Both the position numbers and the translations under genes were made by a program. A stretch of 38,000 nucleotides of DNA from Acidobacteriota bacterium (GTDB taxonomy: Bacteria > Acidobacteriota > UBA6911 > JACQSX01): NCBI GenBank assembly GCA_036507075.1, contig DASXQR010000041.1, positions 1-38,000 of the forward strand, read 5' to 3'. The notes beneath the pieces are model-generated. The model searched no databases. It had not been told where the DNA came from and worked only from the letters and a program-made list of their open reading frames with translations. Each line of letters opens with the position of its first letter. Within the stretch, counting starts at the first letter, position 1. Shown here one piece after another: positions 1 to 8,570 of this stretch.

Positions 1-3
1 CTC

Positions 4-27
4 AGACGCGGCATGCCGCGTCTCTAC
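4..27. repeat. GTAG-type REP-like palindrome (minus strand GTAG-AGACGCGGCATGCCGCGTCT)
   Basis: Perfect 20-bp palindrome agacgcggcatgccgcgtct at 4-23 followed by CTAC, the architecture of GTAG-family REPs. It lies at the window edge, so a partner copy cannot be seen. Confidence 0.65.
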
Positions 28-279
28 GGTATCGATCCAAATGTTACCGTGCACTAATTTATACATCTCCTTTTAGTTTATCTGTCTCACGTTTGTTGCG
101 AAACGGAAAAGGGTGTAGATTCGATTGCTAAAAGAATTCACTGCGAAGGCGCGAACTATAATTGGAAGCCTTTCCAATGATCATCGATAATCACGATACC
201 TGCCACAGTAAATGAATCAATTGCCTTCGCGCCTTCGCGGTGAGTTTTTCGGAAGATCAATGAAAAAAGAGGAGGGAAT

Positions 280-1899
280 ATGTCTCGTTCGTTGAAGGGA
301 TCGTTCAGGCAACATACGGGAAGACTCACCCGGCGCGATTTCTTCAGGGGCGGAAGCTTGCTGGCGTTTCCGGCGTTATTTGGCAAGACGGCAACGGCGG
401 TTCCCGAGCCGCCTTCAGGAGCGCTGCGGATAGGGCCGGATATTTACCAGTCGATTGGCGTTCGCCCCTTTATCAGCGGCACCGGTACGTTGACGGTCAA
501 CAGCGGATCACTCGAACTGCCTGAAGTGCGGGCGGCCATGGATGCAGCCGCCCGGCATATGGTTCAATTGGACGAGCTGATGGAGGCGGTTGGGAAACGC
601 CTGGCTGAACTGACGGGCGCGGAATGGGGAATCGTTACTGCCGGGTGCGCCGCGGCTATGACCCATGCGACCTCTGCCTGTGTGGCTGGCGGTAATCCGG
701 ACAAGCATATTCGATTGCCGAACACCGAGGGGCTCGGCAAAGACGAAGTGATCATTCCCAAACACTCTCGCAACAACTACGATGCGGCGATCCGCGCGGT
801 GGGAGTCCGGATCATTGAGGTGGACAACGCACAGGAACTGGAGGCTGCCATCGGGCCGAGGACGGCAATGATTTATATCTTTGCGGGCCCTCGCGCCGAT
901 GCCGGACCTCCGTCCTTTGAGGAAATCATCCGCATCGCGCGGCAGAAGAACATTGCGGTGCTGACAGACGCCGCAGCCGAAGTGCTGACGATACCAAATG
1001 TTCATCTGCAGCGTGGCTCCACTCTGGTGTGTTACAGCGGCGGCAAACAACTTCGCGGCCCGCAGTGTTCCGGTTTGTTGCTGGGACGCAAGGATCTGGT
1101 GAAAGCCGCGTGGATACACAGCGCGCCGCATCATGGATTCGCGCGAAACATGAAAGTCGGCAAGGAAGAGATCATCGGAGCGCTTGCCGCTGTAGAGTCC
1201 TGGGTGAAACGGGACCACAAGGCCGCATGGCAGAAAATGCTGGACGCGATGGACCATATTGCCAAGCGGGTTTCTTCCGTTCCCGGCGTCACAACGGAGG
1301 CGCGAGAGCCGCCCGGGCTTTCCAACCGAAGTCCGGTGCTGAGTGTCCGCTGGGATGCAGCCAGGCTCGGCATCACCGGCCAGCAGGTATCGCAAATTCT
1401 CGATGCCACCGATCCCCGTATCCTGGTGGGAAGTTCGCGAGGCGCGCAAAATGGAATCTCGATCACGGCTTTCAACGTCGCGCCCGGAGACGAAAAAGTG
1501 GTGGCGGACCGTCTCTATGCCGTCCTTTCGGCGACGCGCGACCTGAAGTCCCAGGAGCCCAAGCCACCGGTTGCTGACCTGACGGGCATGTGGGACGTTC
1601 ACATAGAATTTGCGGCAAGCACCGGTGAGCACTCCCTGTCGCTGCGGCAGCAGGAAGGGCGGATAGAGGGGATCCATCGCGGCGAGTTCGTGGCTCGCGA
1701 TCTTACCGGCACCATCGATGGCGACGCGGTTCAATTGCGCAGCAGTCTGCCGGAACGCGCGATCGGAAATGCCCTTTCGTTTACTTTCACGGGGAAAATC
1801 GAGGGTGAAACCATGTCAGGCGGACTTGATATGGGCGAATACCTGAAAGCGCGTTGGAGCGCCAAGAGGCACCGCTACGGGCAAGCTGAGCGTGTCTAG
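280..1899 (+). CDS. SelA/DgaE-like PLP-dependent enzyme (probable ammonia-lyase) with Tat signal and a C-terminal beta-rich extension
   Basis: RBS GGAGGG before ATG; Tat motif TRRDFF; SelA-family segments GVRPFISGTGTLTVNSGS, TDAAAE, YSGGKQLRGPQ (PLP lysine) and MKVGKEEI; about 110 extra C-terminal residues. Confidence 0.85.
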   Translation: MSRSLKGSFRQHTGRLTRRDFFRGGSLLAFPALFGKTATAVPEPPSGALRIGPDIYQSIGVRPFISGTGTLTVNSGSLELPEVRAAMDAAARHMVQLDELMEAVGKRLAELTGAEWGIVTAGCAAAMTHATSACVAGGNPDKHIRLPNTEGLGKDEVIIPKHSRNNYDAAIRAVGVRIIEVDNAQELEAAIGPRTAMIYIFAGPRADAGPPSFEEIIRIARQKNIAVLTDAAAEVLTIPNVHLQRGSTLVCYSGGKQLRGPQCSGLLLGRKDLVKAAWIHSAPHHGFARNMKVGKEEIIGALAAVESWVKRDHKAAWQKMLDAMDHIAKRVSSVPGVTTEAREPPGLSNRSPVLSVRWDAARLGITGQQVSQILDATDPRILVGSSRGAQNGISITAFNVAPGDEKVVADRLYAVLSATRDLKSQEPKPPVADLTGMWDVHIEFAASTGEHSLSLRQQEGRIEGIHRGEFVARDLTGTIDGDAVQLRSSLPERAIGNALSFTFTGKIEGETMSGGLDMGEYLKARWSAKRHRYGQAERV

Positions 1900-1985
1900 G
1901 GACAATAGCGTGATGGTTATATCTAGCGACTGTCGATTCGTCACATTGCATTTCAATGTGGCCGGCTTCCAGGAGGGTTAATGCT

Positions 1986-3302
1986 ATGAGACCGAAAGCC
2001 TCGCGTGCGGCAGTGTTATTTCTTGTTTTTTGCTGGACGAACAATCTTTACGCGCAGCAAAAATACGATCTCCTCTTGAAGGGCGGCCATGTCATTGATC
2101 CGAAGAACAAGATCAGTGCCGTTCGTGATGTTGCTATTGCGAACGGAAAGATCGCGGCCGTGGCAGCCAGAATCGATCCTGCTGAGGCCTTCAAGGTGGT
2201 TAACGTTTTGGGATTTTATGTAACGCCCGGCCTCGTAGATATTCACGTTCATGTCTTTGCAGCGACCGGCGAACGAGGCTCCTATGCCGGTGATAACAGC
2301 GTTTATCCGGACGGCTTTACTTTCCGCGCAGGAGTCACCACGGTTGCCGACGCAGGATGTGCAGGCTGGAGAAATTTTGAGGAGTTCAAGCAGCGCATTA
2401 TCGATCGGTCCAAAACTCGGGTACTGGCGCTCCTCAATATTGTCGGCAACGGCATGCGGGGCGAAAGGTTTGAGCAGGATCTGGCAGACATGGAATCCAA
2501 GCCGACGGCGGAAATGGCGCTTCGCTACAAGGGCTTGATTGTGGGTGTCAAAACAGCCCACTACGCCGGCCCGGAATGGGCACCGGTTGAGCGCGCCGTT
2601 GAAGCGGGTACGCTGGCGAATATTCCCGTGATGGTGGACTTTGGGGTCAATCGACCGGAGCGCCCCATGAGCGAACTGGTAACCCGCAAGCTCAGGCCGG
2701 GAGATATTTACACTCATTGTTATTCCGGGCTTCGCAATGAACAGGATGAGTCCGGCCGTGTGAACCCCGCGCTTTGGGAAGGCAGAAAACGGGGAGTGAT
2801 TTTTGATGTAGGCCATGGAGGAGGCAGCTTTGCCTGGCGGATTGCAGCGCCGGCCGTGAAAGCGGGGTTCCTTCCTGATTCCATTTCTACCGATCTCCAC
2901 ATCGGCAGCATGAATGCCGGCATGAAGGACATGCTCAACGTGATGGACAAATTTCTGGCGATGGGGCTGTCGATCGAAGATGTGGTTCTTCGCTCCACCT
3001 GGAATCCTGCCCGTGAGATCAAGCAAGAAGAACTGGGGCAGCTTTCTCCCGGTGCTTTGGCGGATATCGCAGTACTTCGGCTCGAAAAAGGCAATTTCGG
3101 CTTTGTAGATATTTATGGAGCCCGGTTGCGAGGAACGCAGAAGCTCACTTGCGAGTTGACGCTTCGAGATGGAAAAGTGGTCTACGATCTCAATGGAATT
3201 ACGCGCCCGGACTGGGACAAGCTGCCGCGCGATTATAGACAAACCGGCGATGCCAGGTGGGACGCCGTTACACCCGCGCCGATCCGCCGAAGCCCGCGGT
3301 AA
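1986..3302 (+). CDS. Amidohydrolase/deacetylase family metallohydrolase (dihydroorotase-like), secreted
   Basis: RBS AGGAGG at about 1971 favours ATG 1986; Sec signal MRPK...NLYA/QQ; motifs PGLVDIHVH, KTAH, YTHC, FDVGHGGGSF, ISTDLH, GALADIAV. This family commonly neighbours SelA-like genes. Confidence 0.88.
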   Translation: MRPKASRAAVLFLVFCWTNNLYAQQKYDLLLKGGHVIDPKNKISAVRDVAIANGKIAAVAARIDPAEAFKVVNVLGFYVTPGLVDIHVHVFAATGERGSYAGDNSVYPDGFTFRAGVTTVADAGCAGWRNFEEFKQRIIDRSKTRVLALLNIVGNGMRGERFEQDLADMESKPTAEMALRYKGLIVGVKTAHYAGPEWAPVERAVEAGTLANIPVMVDFGVNRPERPMSELVTRKLRPGDIYTHCYSGLRNEQDESGRVNPALWEGRKRGVIFDVGHGGGSFAWRIAAPAVKAGFLPDSISTDLHIGSMNAGMKDMLNVMDKFLAMGLSIEDVVLRSTWNPAREIKQEELGQLSPGALADIAVLRLEKGNFGFVDIYGARLRGTQKLTCELTLRDGKVVYDLNGITRPDWDKLPRDYRQTGDARWDAVTPAPIRRSPR

Positions 3303-3316
3303 GAAGTGAGCCGGTT

Positions 3317-3457
3317 TTTTGCCACGAAGCCACGAAGACACGAAGCTTTCATATTTATCTCGAAGAGGAAACTTCTCGAAATCCTCGATAATGTTCCGAG
3401 AAGTGCCACTTCTAGATTGATTTTAGACCTTCGTGGCTTCGTGGCTTCGTGGCAAAA
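3317..3457. repeat. Inverted-repeat element with (CACGAAG)x3 octamer arms between convergent genes; possible bidirectional terminator
   Basis: ttttgccacgaagccacgaagacacgaag (3317-3345) and cttcgtggcttcgtggcttcgtggcaaaa (3429-3457) form a 29-bp IR with 1 mismatch. There is an inner acttctcg/cgagaagt stem. Confidence 0.85.
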
Positions 3458-3503
3458 GGGCGCCAACCCCGGTGCAGGATCAGAGCGCCATGCCGAGGCG
3501 ACG

Positions 3504-4223
3504 TCACCGCTGCTGTGCCGGCGGCCTGAGGAACTCCGACGGCGGCAGCGCCCGGCGTGTAAACCTCGCCATGCGGATGGCTCCCTGAAAATAAAAAACT
3601 TTGTTGATCCGCATTCCAACCGAGGTATGCCCCGATCCATGAGGAGCAAGGTAAAGTTGGGCCGAGCCTTCCTGAACGCCGTCTACATAGTTTCTGAATT
3701 CCTGACCGTCATATACCGAGGCGACGTGGTACCAGGCTCCGAGCGGATGCAGCGCCTTCCGGTTCATCAGCGCTTTGCTCTCGGTTCCTGATTGGTTATA
3801 GCTGTCCAGAAACCATTGATCGCCGACCACGCGGATTTCAAACAGCATCCGGTTGCCTGTGTCAGCGCCGGTCTGAGGATCCTGCTCACTCAAGTGAAAC
3901 CACCGCTGCTCTGTCTGGCCTCCGTCGGGACGAAAGATGGCTTCCCATGTGAAAGTCTTGGCGCCCGCCAGAGGGTGGTTGTCAATGAACAGCGCATCAT
4001 CCACACCATCGAACCTGACAGCCTTGCCGACGGGCGAATCGATGACTTCGGGTTGCCCGAGTACTGTGGTCCTGTGGCCGCCAATGTTCTCCAGCCGGTC
4101 GAAGATCCACACGGCGCTCTCGGCAGGTTGACCCGAAAGTGCGCCGCTCTTAGAACCGCTCTGCAATGCGGCCAGAATGGCCAGTGCCACCACCGAGTCG
4201 CGGAGAATTGTTTCCAACGTCAT
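3504..4223 (-). CDS. LamG-like jellyroll (concanavalin A/glucanase-like) domain protein, secreted
   Basis: Hydrophobic N-terminus; GKAVRFDG, FTWEAIFRP, WYHVASVYDG, YVDG, FQGAI are typical Laminin_G_3 motifs; 4-bp ATGA overlap with the upstream cytochrome gene. Confidence 0.85.
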   Translation of the reverse strand: MTLETILRDSVVALAILAALQSGSKSGALSGQPAESAVWIFDRLENIGGHRTTVLGQPEVIDSPVGKAVRFDGVDDALFIDNHPLAGAKTFTWEAIFRPDGGQTEQRWFHLSEQDPQTGADTGNRMLFEIRVVGDQWFLDSYNQSGTESKALMNRKALHPLGAWYHVASVYDGQEFRNYVDGVQEGSAQLYLAPHGSGHTSVGMRINKVFYFQGAIRMARFTRRALPPSEFLRPPAQQR

Positions 4224-5026
4224 TGTGCCCTCCGCTTTGGTCGCAAAGAACTGAGATACCCGACCAGGTTTTCCAGTTCGTCTTTGGGAAGCTCCGCGTA
4301 TGCCGGCATTAGCGATTTCCTGGGCAGCTTGATCTCGTTGAGCTCACTCTTCATGAAAGACATCAGATTGCCGTTCACATCGCGCATATGGACCGAGTAT
4401 TCGTCTTCGTTAAGATGAATCCCCTTGCTGCTCTTCCCCGTTACGCTGATCACCTCCACTGTCCGATAGTCCAGCGGAATATCAGCGCTCGGCTCCAAAA
4501 GAGATTGGCGCAAATGCCGTACCGCGCGCTTCGCTCCAATGTCGGAAAGGTCCGGTCCCGAGAAGCCGCCTTTCCCGTCGATACTATGACAGAGGGCGCA
4601 GCCGTTGTCCCGGTAGACGAGCGCACCTGCGACGGCGTCGCCGGTGACGGGCTCGGGCAAACCTTGACGGCCCAATTGCTGCACGTACGCCACCATGCGC
4701 CAAACGTCGGCTTCCGGCGAATTGAATGTGCCCGGCATTTCCGTGTTGGGAATGCCGTTTCGTATGATGAGGAATATTTCACGGTCCGAGCTGCCGTGTC
4801 GAAACCGGCCTGTGTTCAAGGCGGCACCGCGGCCCCCCTCGCCGTTCTGGCCATGACAATGGCCGCAGCGCCCGGTAAACAGTCTGCGCCCGGATTCCAA
4901 GTCCGCCGCTGAGGAATATGGGTTTGCCTCAGGCAGGGAGGATCGAGGCTGGACTGCCGCTCTTTGCGCAGGCGTTGGCAGCACGAAATTCATCCAGCAC
5001 CACGCAATCAGAAATGTCTTTCGCAT
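4220..5026 (-). CDS. Diheme c-type cytochrome (putative heme-binding domain type), likely electron acceptor of the PQQ dehydrogenase
   Basis: Signal peptide; CGHCH and CALCH heme motifs; GIPNTEMP, GPDLSDIG and SLMP distal Met regions; lies immediately downstream of the PQQ gene. Confidence 0.9.
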   Translation of the reverse strand: MRKTFLIAWCWMNFVLPTPAQRAAVQPRSSLPEANPYSSAADLESGRRLFTGRCGHCHGQNGEGGRGAALNTGRFRHGSSDREIFLIIRNGIPNTEMPGTFNSPEADVWRMVAYVQQLGRQGLPEPVTGDAVAGALVYRDNGCALCHSIDGKGGFSGPDLSDIGAKRAVRHLRQSLLEPSADIPLDYRTVEVISVTGKSSKGIHLNEDEYSVHMRDVNGNLMSFMKSELNEIKLPRKSLMPAYAELPKDELENLVGYLSSLRPKRRAQ

Positions 5027-5038
5027 CCAAAGATCTGT

Positions 5039-6706
5039 TCACTCGAGTCCGAAAGCGATCAGCACGTCTCCAATCGGGATCGTGATCAACTGCTTGCCCC
5101 GGCTTAGAAATGTAATCGGGCTGGCATACACTCGATCGCCGCCGTTGAAATGCCAGAGCTCCTTGCCGGTACGAGCATCCAGGGCATAAAAGTTCCCGCT
5201 TGGCGTGGCCGAGAAAACCAAGTTCCCCGCCGTGGACAGCACGCCCGCCCACGGTGGCGACAGGATGCGGTGCTCCCACTGAATTTTCCCCGTCTCCGGA
5301 GTCATGGCGATAAGTTTGCCCCAGCTCTCCTCGGGCCGAAAACGTGCTCCCCCGCCGCCGCCACCGCCGAAGTAGGCCTCGCCCGGTTGGAACTCGAGCG
5401 CGTCAGTCTTGAAGAAACGACGCCGCTCCTCGCGCGCACTGACATAGAGGAGCTTCGTGTTGGGATTGTAGCTGGGCGACATCCAGTTGTTCCCGCCGTC
5501 CACGCCGGGCCAGATCGAATCGTTGCCTTCCTGCGTCGGCTCCTGACCGGGATTCACAACCGGACGGCCCTTCTTATCTATCTCCTTTGCCCAGGTCTGC
5601 TTCACATAGGGTTTGGCCAGCAGGAATTCACCCGTTTGACGGTCGAGGACATAATAGAAGCCGTTGCGGCTGGGCACGACGACCAGTTTGCGCAGGCGCC
5701 CGTCGAACGTCGAATCGAGCAGAACCGGAACCTGCGTGGCGTCCCAATCGTGCGTGTCGTGCGGAGTGAATTGGAAATACCATTTCAACTTTCCTGTGTC
5801 CGGATCCAGCGCGAGCAGCGAGCAGGAGTACAAGTTGTCTCCGGGGCGAACATCGCCGTTGTAGTCCGGTCCGGGATTGCCCGTTCCCCAATAGAGCAGG
5901 TTCAATTCCGGATCGTAGGAGCCGGTGATCCACGTCGACCCTCCGCCGTGCCGCCATGAATCACCTCCCCAGGTCTCCGAGCCCGGTTCGCCCGGCGCCG
6001 GTATGGTCCAGAAGCGCCAGGCGCGCTCGCCCGTTTTCGCGTCGTACGCATCGAGGAAGCCGCGAATGCCCCCTTCAGCGCCCGCGATCCCCGCGATCAC
6101 CTTGTCCTTGACCACCAGCGGCGCTGCGGTGGCCGTGTAGTTGAGCGCGGGATCCGCAATCTCCTTCTTCCAGAGCATGCGGCCGGAACGGGCATCGAGC
6201 GCGATCAGCTTTGCATCCAGCGTTGTGATGAAAAGCGTCGTGCCAAGGATCGCGAGTCCCCGGTTGACCTGCCCACAGCATGTGTAGAGGCCGGCGGGAA
6301 CTTTGTATTCGAAGGTCCAGAGTGCGCGTCCGGTTTCTGCGTCAAGCGCGATCACGTCGCTCGGAGGACGCGTGACATACATGAGACCATCCACGACAAT
6401 GGGAGTGGTCTCGACCTTGGGGCGATGCATCTGATAAATCCACCTGGCGCGCAGCCCGTGGACGTTCTCGGCCGTGATCTGGTTCAAACTGCTGTAATGA
6501 TGGCTGCGATAATCGCCGCCGTACGTCAGCCAGTTGGCGGGCTCCTCGGGTGCTTTGAGCAGCCTTTCATAAGTGACCGGCAGGCCCCGGGGCGATGGAG
6601 ACTGCGCAAGAGAAAGTGTCACCACAAAGACACAAAGGACACAAAGCGGCGCTAATGGGGTCAGGTCTTCATAATTCATTTTTGCTCGTCTAAATCGGAC
6701 GTCCAT
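5039..6706 (-). CDS. PQQ-dependent dehydrogenase, methanol/ethanol-type beta-propeller
   Basis: NWLTYGGDY, ETTPIVVDG, vicinal CC (TCCGQVNRG), GAEGGIRG, WGTGNPGP, PHDTHDWDA, repeated ALDAxTGxxxW. Start uncertain: ATG 6706 or 6679, both inside the MITE-like element. Confidence 0.9.
   Translation of the reverse strand: MDVRFRRAKMNYEDLTPLAPLCVLCVFVVTLSLAQSPSPRGLPVTYERLLKAPEEPANWLTYGGDYRSHHYSSLNQITAENVHGLRARWIYQMHRPKVETTPIVVDGLMYVTRPPSDVIALDAETGRALWTFEYKVPAGLYTCCGQVNRGLAILGTTLFITTLDAKLIALDARSGRMLWKKEIADPALNYTATAAPLVVKDKVIAGIAGAEGGIRGFLDAYDAKTGERAWRFWTIPAPGEPGSETWGGDSWRHGGGSTWITGSYDPELNLLYWGTGNPGPDYNGDVRPGDNLYSCSLLALDPDTGKLKWYFQFTPHDTHDWDATQVPVLLDSTFDGRLRKLVVVPSRNGFYYVLDRQTGEFLLAKPYVKQTWAKEIDKKGRPVVNPGQEPTQEGNDSIWPGVDGGNNWMSPSYNPNTKLLYVSAREERRRFFKTDALEFQPGEAYFGGGGGGGARFRPEESWGKLIAMTPETGKIQWEHRILSPPWAGVLSTAGNLVFSATPSGNFYALDARTGKELWHFNGGDRVYASPITFLSRGKQLITIPIGDVLIAFGLE
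6618..6646. repeat. Single arm of the 8/9-mer tandem repeat family (ACAAAG core) inside the PQQ gene signal peptide
   Basis: gtcaccacaaagacacaaaggacacaaag; same architecture as the arms at 3317, 12092, 21252 and 22998; reads LCVLCVFVV on the minus strand. Confidence 0.7.
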
Positions 6707-6751
6707 TCAAAATCCACCCAAAAATGAATTATGAAGACCTGACCCCATTAG
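6652..6751. mobile_element. 100-bp MITE/REP-like element with 33-bp perfect terminal inverted repeats and a 5-bp flanking direct repeat CGGCG
   Basis: ctaatggggtcaggtcttcataattcatttttg (6652-6684) and its exact reverse complement (6719-6751); cggcg at 6647-6651 and 6752-6756. Confidence 0.75.
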
Positions 6752-7947
6752 CGGCGAGCGGCGAGCTGCCTCTGGATCGAAGCGCGAACCGATGGCAGGT
6801 ATCGCAGAGCATTGGCATAGTAAACCTTGCGAAGCACATCGTCGGGCAGGCCGATACCGTAGATTCTCCAGCGGCCGTGCAGCGGCGCGCCAGTCGCCGA
6901 GCGAAGCTGGGCCGGATGATCGAAATGCTCGTCATAGGTTTCCAGGAACCTCCAATGAGGCACCCAGAACTCTTCGATCCCACGGCCGGGATTGCCGTCG
7001 GAGCCGAAGAGGATCCGGTCCTGATACTTGAGGAAGAACGCGCGAATCATTCGGGGAGCCCGGCCCAGGTCCTGAACGGTCGCCGAGATTTCAACGTCGG
7101 CATTAGGATACTTGTCCAGCAGCGCGGCCACTTTATCCATGTCGTAGTACAGCATGGCCATGTGCGCGTTGACAAAGCGAGTCCTGGGATGCCTGGCGTG
7201 CATGTTCTCGCGCGCCTTTTCGATCACGTCGGGAGTCGGCTGGCCGGTCTTGTAGTAGTTCCCTTCCGGGTTGCTGCGCCAAAGGCCGGCTTCATACCGT
7301 TCATTCTCGGGGCCGATAGGTAGAAAGCGGCCATACGAGTCGCTTATATGGATCATGACGGGCTTGCTGTGCCTGGCACACATTTCCCAGACAGGATCGA
7401 ATCGCGGGTCATCGGCCTGGATGTAGGTGCCGTCGGGATTCTTCAGATCGAGCCCCAGCACCTTGTTGATTTTCAGCCCCGCAGCGCCCGCCAGAAAACA
7501 GCGCTCCAGTTCCGCGGCGGTCCTTGCCGGCCAGCCCGGCGTATTGATCCCTTCAAAGTTCAGCCTTGCGAAATGAATGATGCGGTCCCGGAACGGCTCG
7601 CCCACCTTCATATTCTGGTCGAAGGTCTTGCCAAATCCACCGTCCATGTTGCAGATCACGCCGATACCGGTATCGTCCATCAGCTTGATCATTTTTTTAT
7701 AATCTTCGGCAGTCCTGACTCGCCCGCCATGGAAGTGGAAATCGATCGCCGGAAACTTAGCCCGTGAAATGTGGGTCCTGGGGAATTTCATCAGTGCCTT
7801 GGGCATGGTCGGCACTTCTGGCGAAGGTTGAAAGTCGGGATGCGAAGGAAACCTCGGGGCCTGGGATTTCGGGACGCCCGTCTGACCGGAGGAAGTGAAG
7901 CTGCAAATTGCAATCAGCGATGCCAAAAATGGCAACCAGCGACGCAT
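6748..7947 (-). CDS. Amidohydrolase_2 family protein, secreted
   Basis: RBS AGGAGG before ATG 7947; signal MRRWLPFLASLIAICSFTSSG/Q; IDFHFH, AGLKINK, PVMIHISD, VNAH, ILFGSD, LRKVYYANA. The stop codon TAA lies inside the MITE arm. Confidence 0.88.
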   Translation of the reverse strand: MRRWLPFLASLIAICSFTSSGQTGVPKSQAPRFPSHPDFQPSPEVPTMPKALMKFPRTHISRAKFPAIDFHFHGGRVRTAEDYKKMIKLMDDTGIGVICNMDGGFGKTFDQNMKVGEPFRDRIIHFARLNFEGINTPGWPARTAAELERCFLAGAAGLKINKVLGLDLKNPDGTYIQADDPRFDPVWEMCARHSKPVMIHISDSYGRFLPIGPENERYEAGLWRSNPEGNYYKTGQPTPDVIEKARENMHARHPRTRFVNAHMAMLYYDMDKVAALLDKYPNADVEISATVQDLGRAPRMIRAFFLKYQDRILFGSDGNPGRGIEEFWVPHWRFLETYDEHFDHPAQLRSATGAPLHGRWRIYGIGLPDDVLRKVYYANALRYLPSVRASIQRQLAARR

Positions 7948-8097
7948 GGTTACACCTCCTGTTTGGAAAGGGGAGTATTGTGACACAAGGCAACCTGGAA
8001 ATCATATCGGAACGTCCCGATCACCGCAGAGGCGGTGAATGCAACGTGCGTGTGTCCGGCCGCAAATGATAAATAGAAAGGAAACCAGGAGACCCTT

Positions 8098-8378
8098 ATG
8101 ACCAAAATCCTGCTTGCCTTCGCTCTTCTGCTGCTTCCCGGTTTGCCATCAGATGACGTCGCCCGCCCGATGCGACCAAGCCGAACGCGGTCTACAATCC
8201 GGCCGACTGCGATTTCCGCCTCAAGCCCGGCAGCAAGGCCGTGGACAAGGGCGTGCGCCTACCCAATGTAAACGACGACTTCACCGGGCAGGCGCCCGAC
8301 CTGGGAGCTCTGGAGACCGGCAAGCCGCTCCCCGTGTACGGCCCAAGAATTCCGATCAAGCAGCCATTTTCCCAGTAA
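8098..8378 (+). pseudogene. Remnant of a secreted beta-helix-type protein: signal peptide joined out of frame to the C-terminal ~70 aa
   Basis: AGGAG RBS plus ATG 8098 gives MTKILLAFALLLLPGL. A different frame (8157-8378) reads PDATKPNAVYNPADCDFRLKPGSKAVDKGVRLPNVNDDFTGQAPDLGALETGKPLPVYGPR...*, with the DFRL..S.A.D.G...PDLGA.E cap typical of right-handed beta-helix proteins. It is absent from the ORF track. Confidence 0.75.
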
Positions 8379-8416
8379 AGCTGGAGTGGAGAGTTTGTGC
8401 AGACCGCGGCGTTGTG

Positions 8417-8511
8417 TTTACCGCAGAGGCGCTGAGCACGCTGAGATTTCGCGGAGGGCTGGGTTCCAGACTCTGCGTGTGCTCGGCGGTCTCGGCGTCT
8501 CGGCGGTGAAA
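8417..8511. repeat. Inverted 8/9-mer tandem repeat element (GCAGAG/GCTGAG core) between convergent 3' ends
   Basis: tttaccgcagaggcgctgagcacgctgag...cgcggag pairs imperfectly with ctctgcg...ctcggcggtctcggcgtctcggcggtgaaa. Confidence 0.75.
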
Positions 8512-8570
8512 GCTCTGGTTCACGTTAAGCAGCCCGGGACTACAGCCTTACAAGCAACTGTTACAGCTCT

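Noticed and set aside
280..1899. True selenocysteine synthase selA
   Set aside because: It has a Tat signal, no selB, selC or selD is in view, and it is paired with an amidohydrolase as in DgaE-like catabolic clusters.
1986..3302. Dihydroorotase pyrC
   Set aside because: A signal peptide, the DVGHGGGSF deacetylase-type motif and the absence of pyr genes argue against it.
508..3341. Long antisense ORFs 508-1734 and 2016-3341
   Set aside because: They are shadow frames of well-supported + strand genes in GC-rich DNA and have no recognisable motifs.
3233..3791. ORFs 3306-3791 and 3233-3649
   Set aside because: They are read through the repeat element and overlap the LamG gene; the peptides (ATKPRRHE, LRGFVA) are repeat translations.
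5039..6706. Calling the PQQ enzyme mxaF, xoxF or exaA
   Set aside because: There are no mxa/xox accessory genes, and the subfamily cannot be fixed without a phylogeny.
6724..7323. + strand ORF starting MNYEDLTPLA, the same peptide found near the start of the PQQ ORF
   Set aside because: The identity is a by-product of the perfect inverted repeat; the ORF is antisense to the amidohydrolase.
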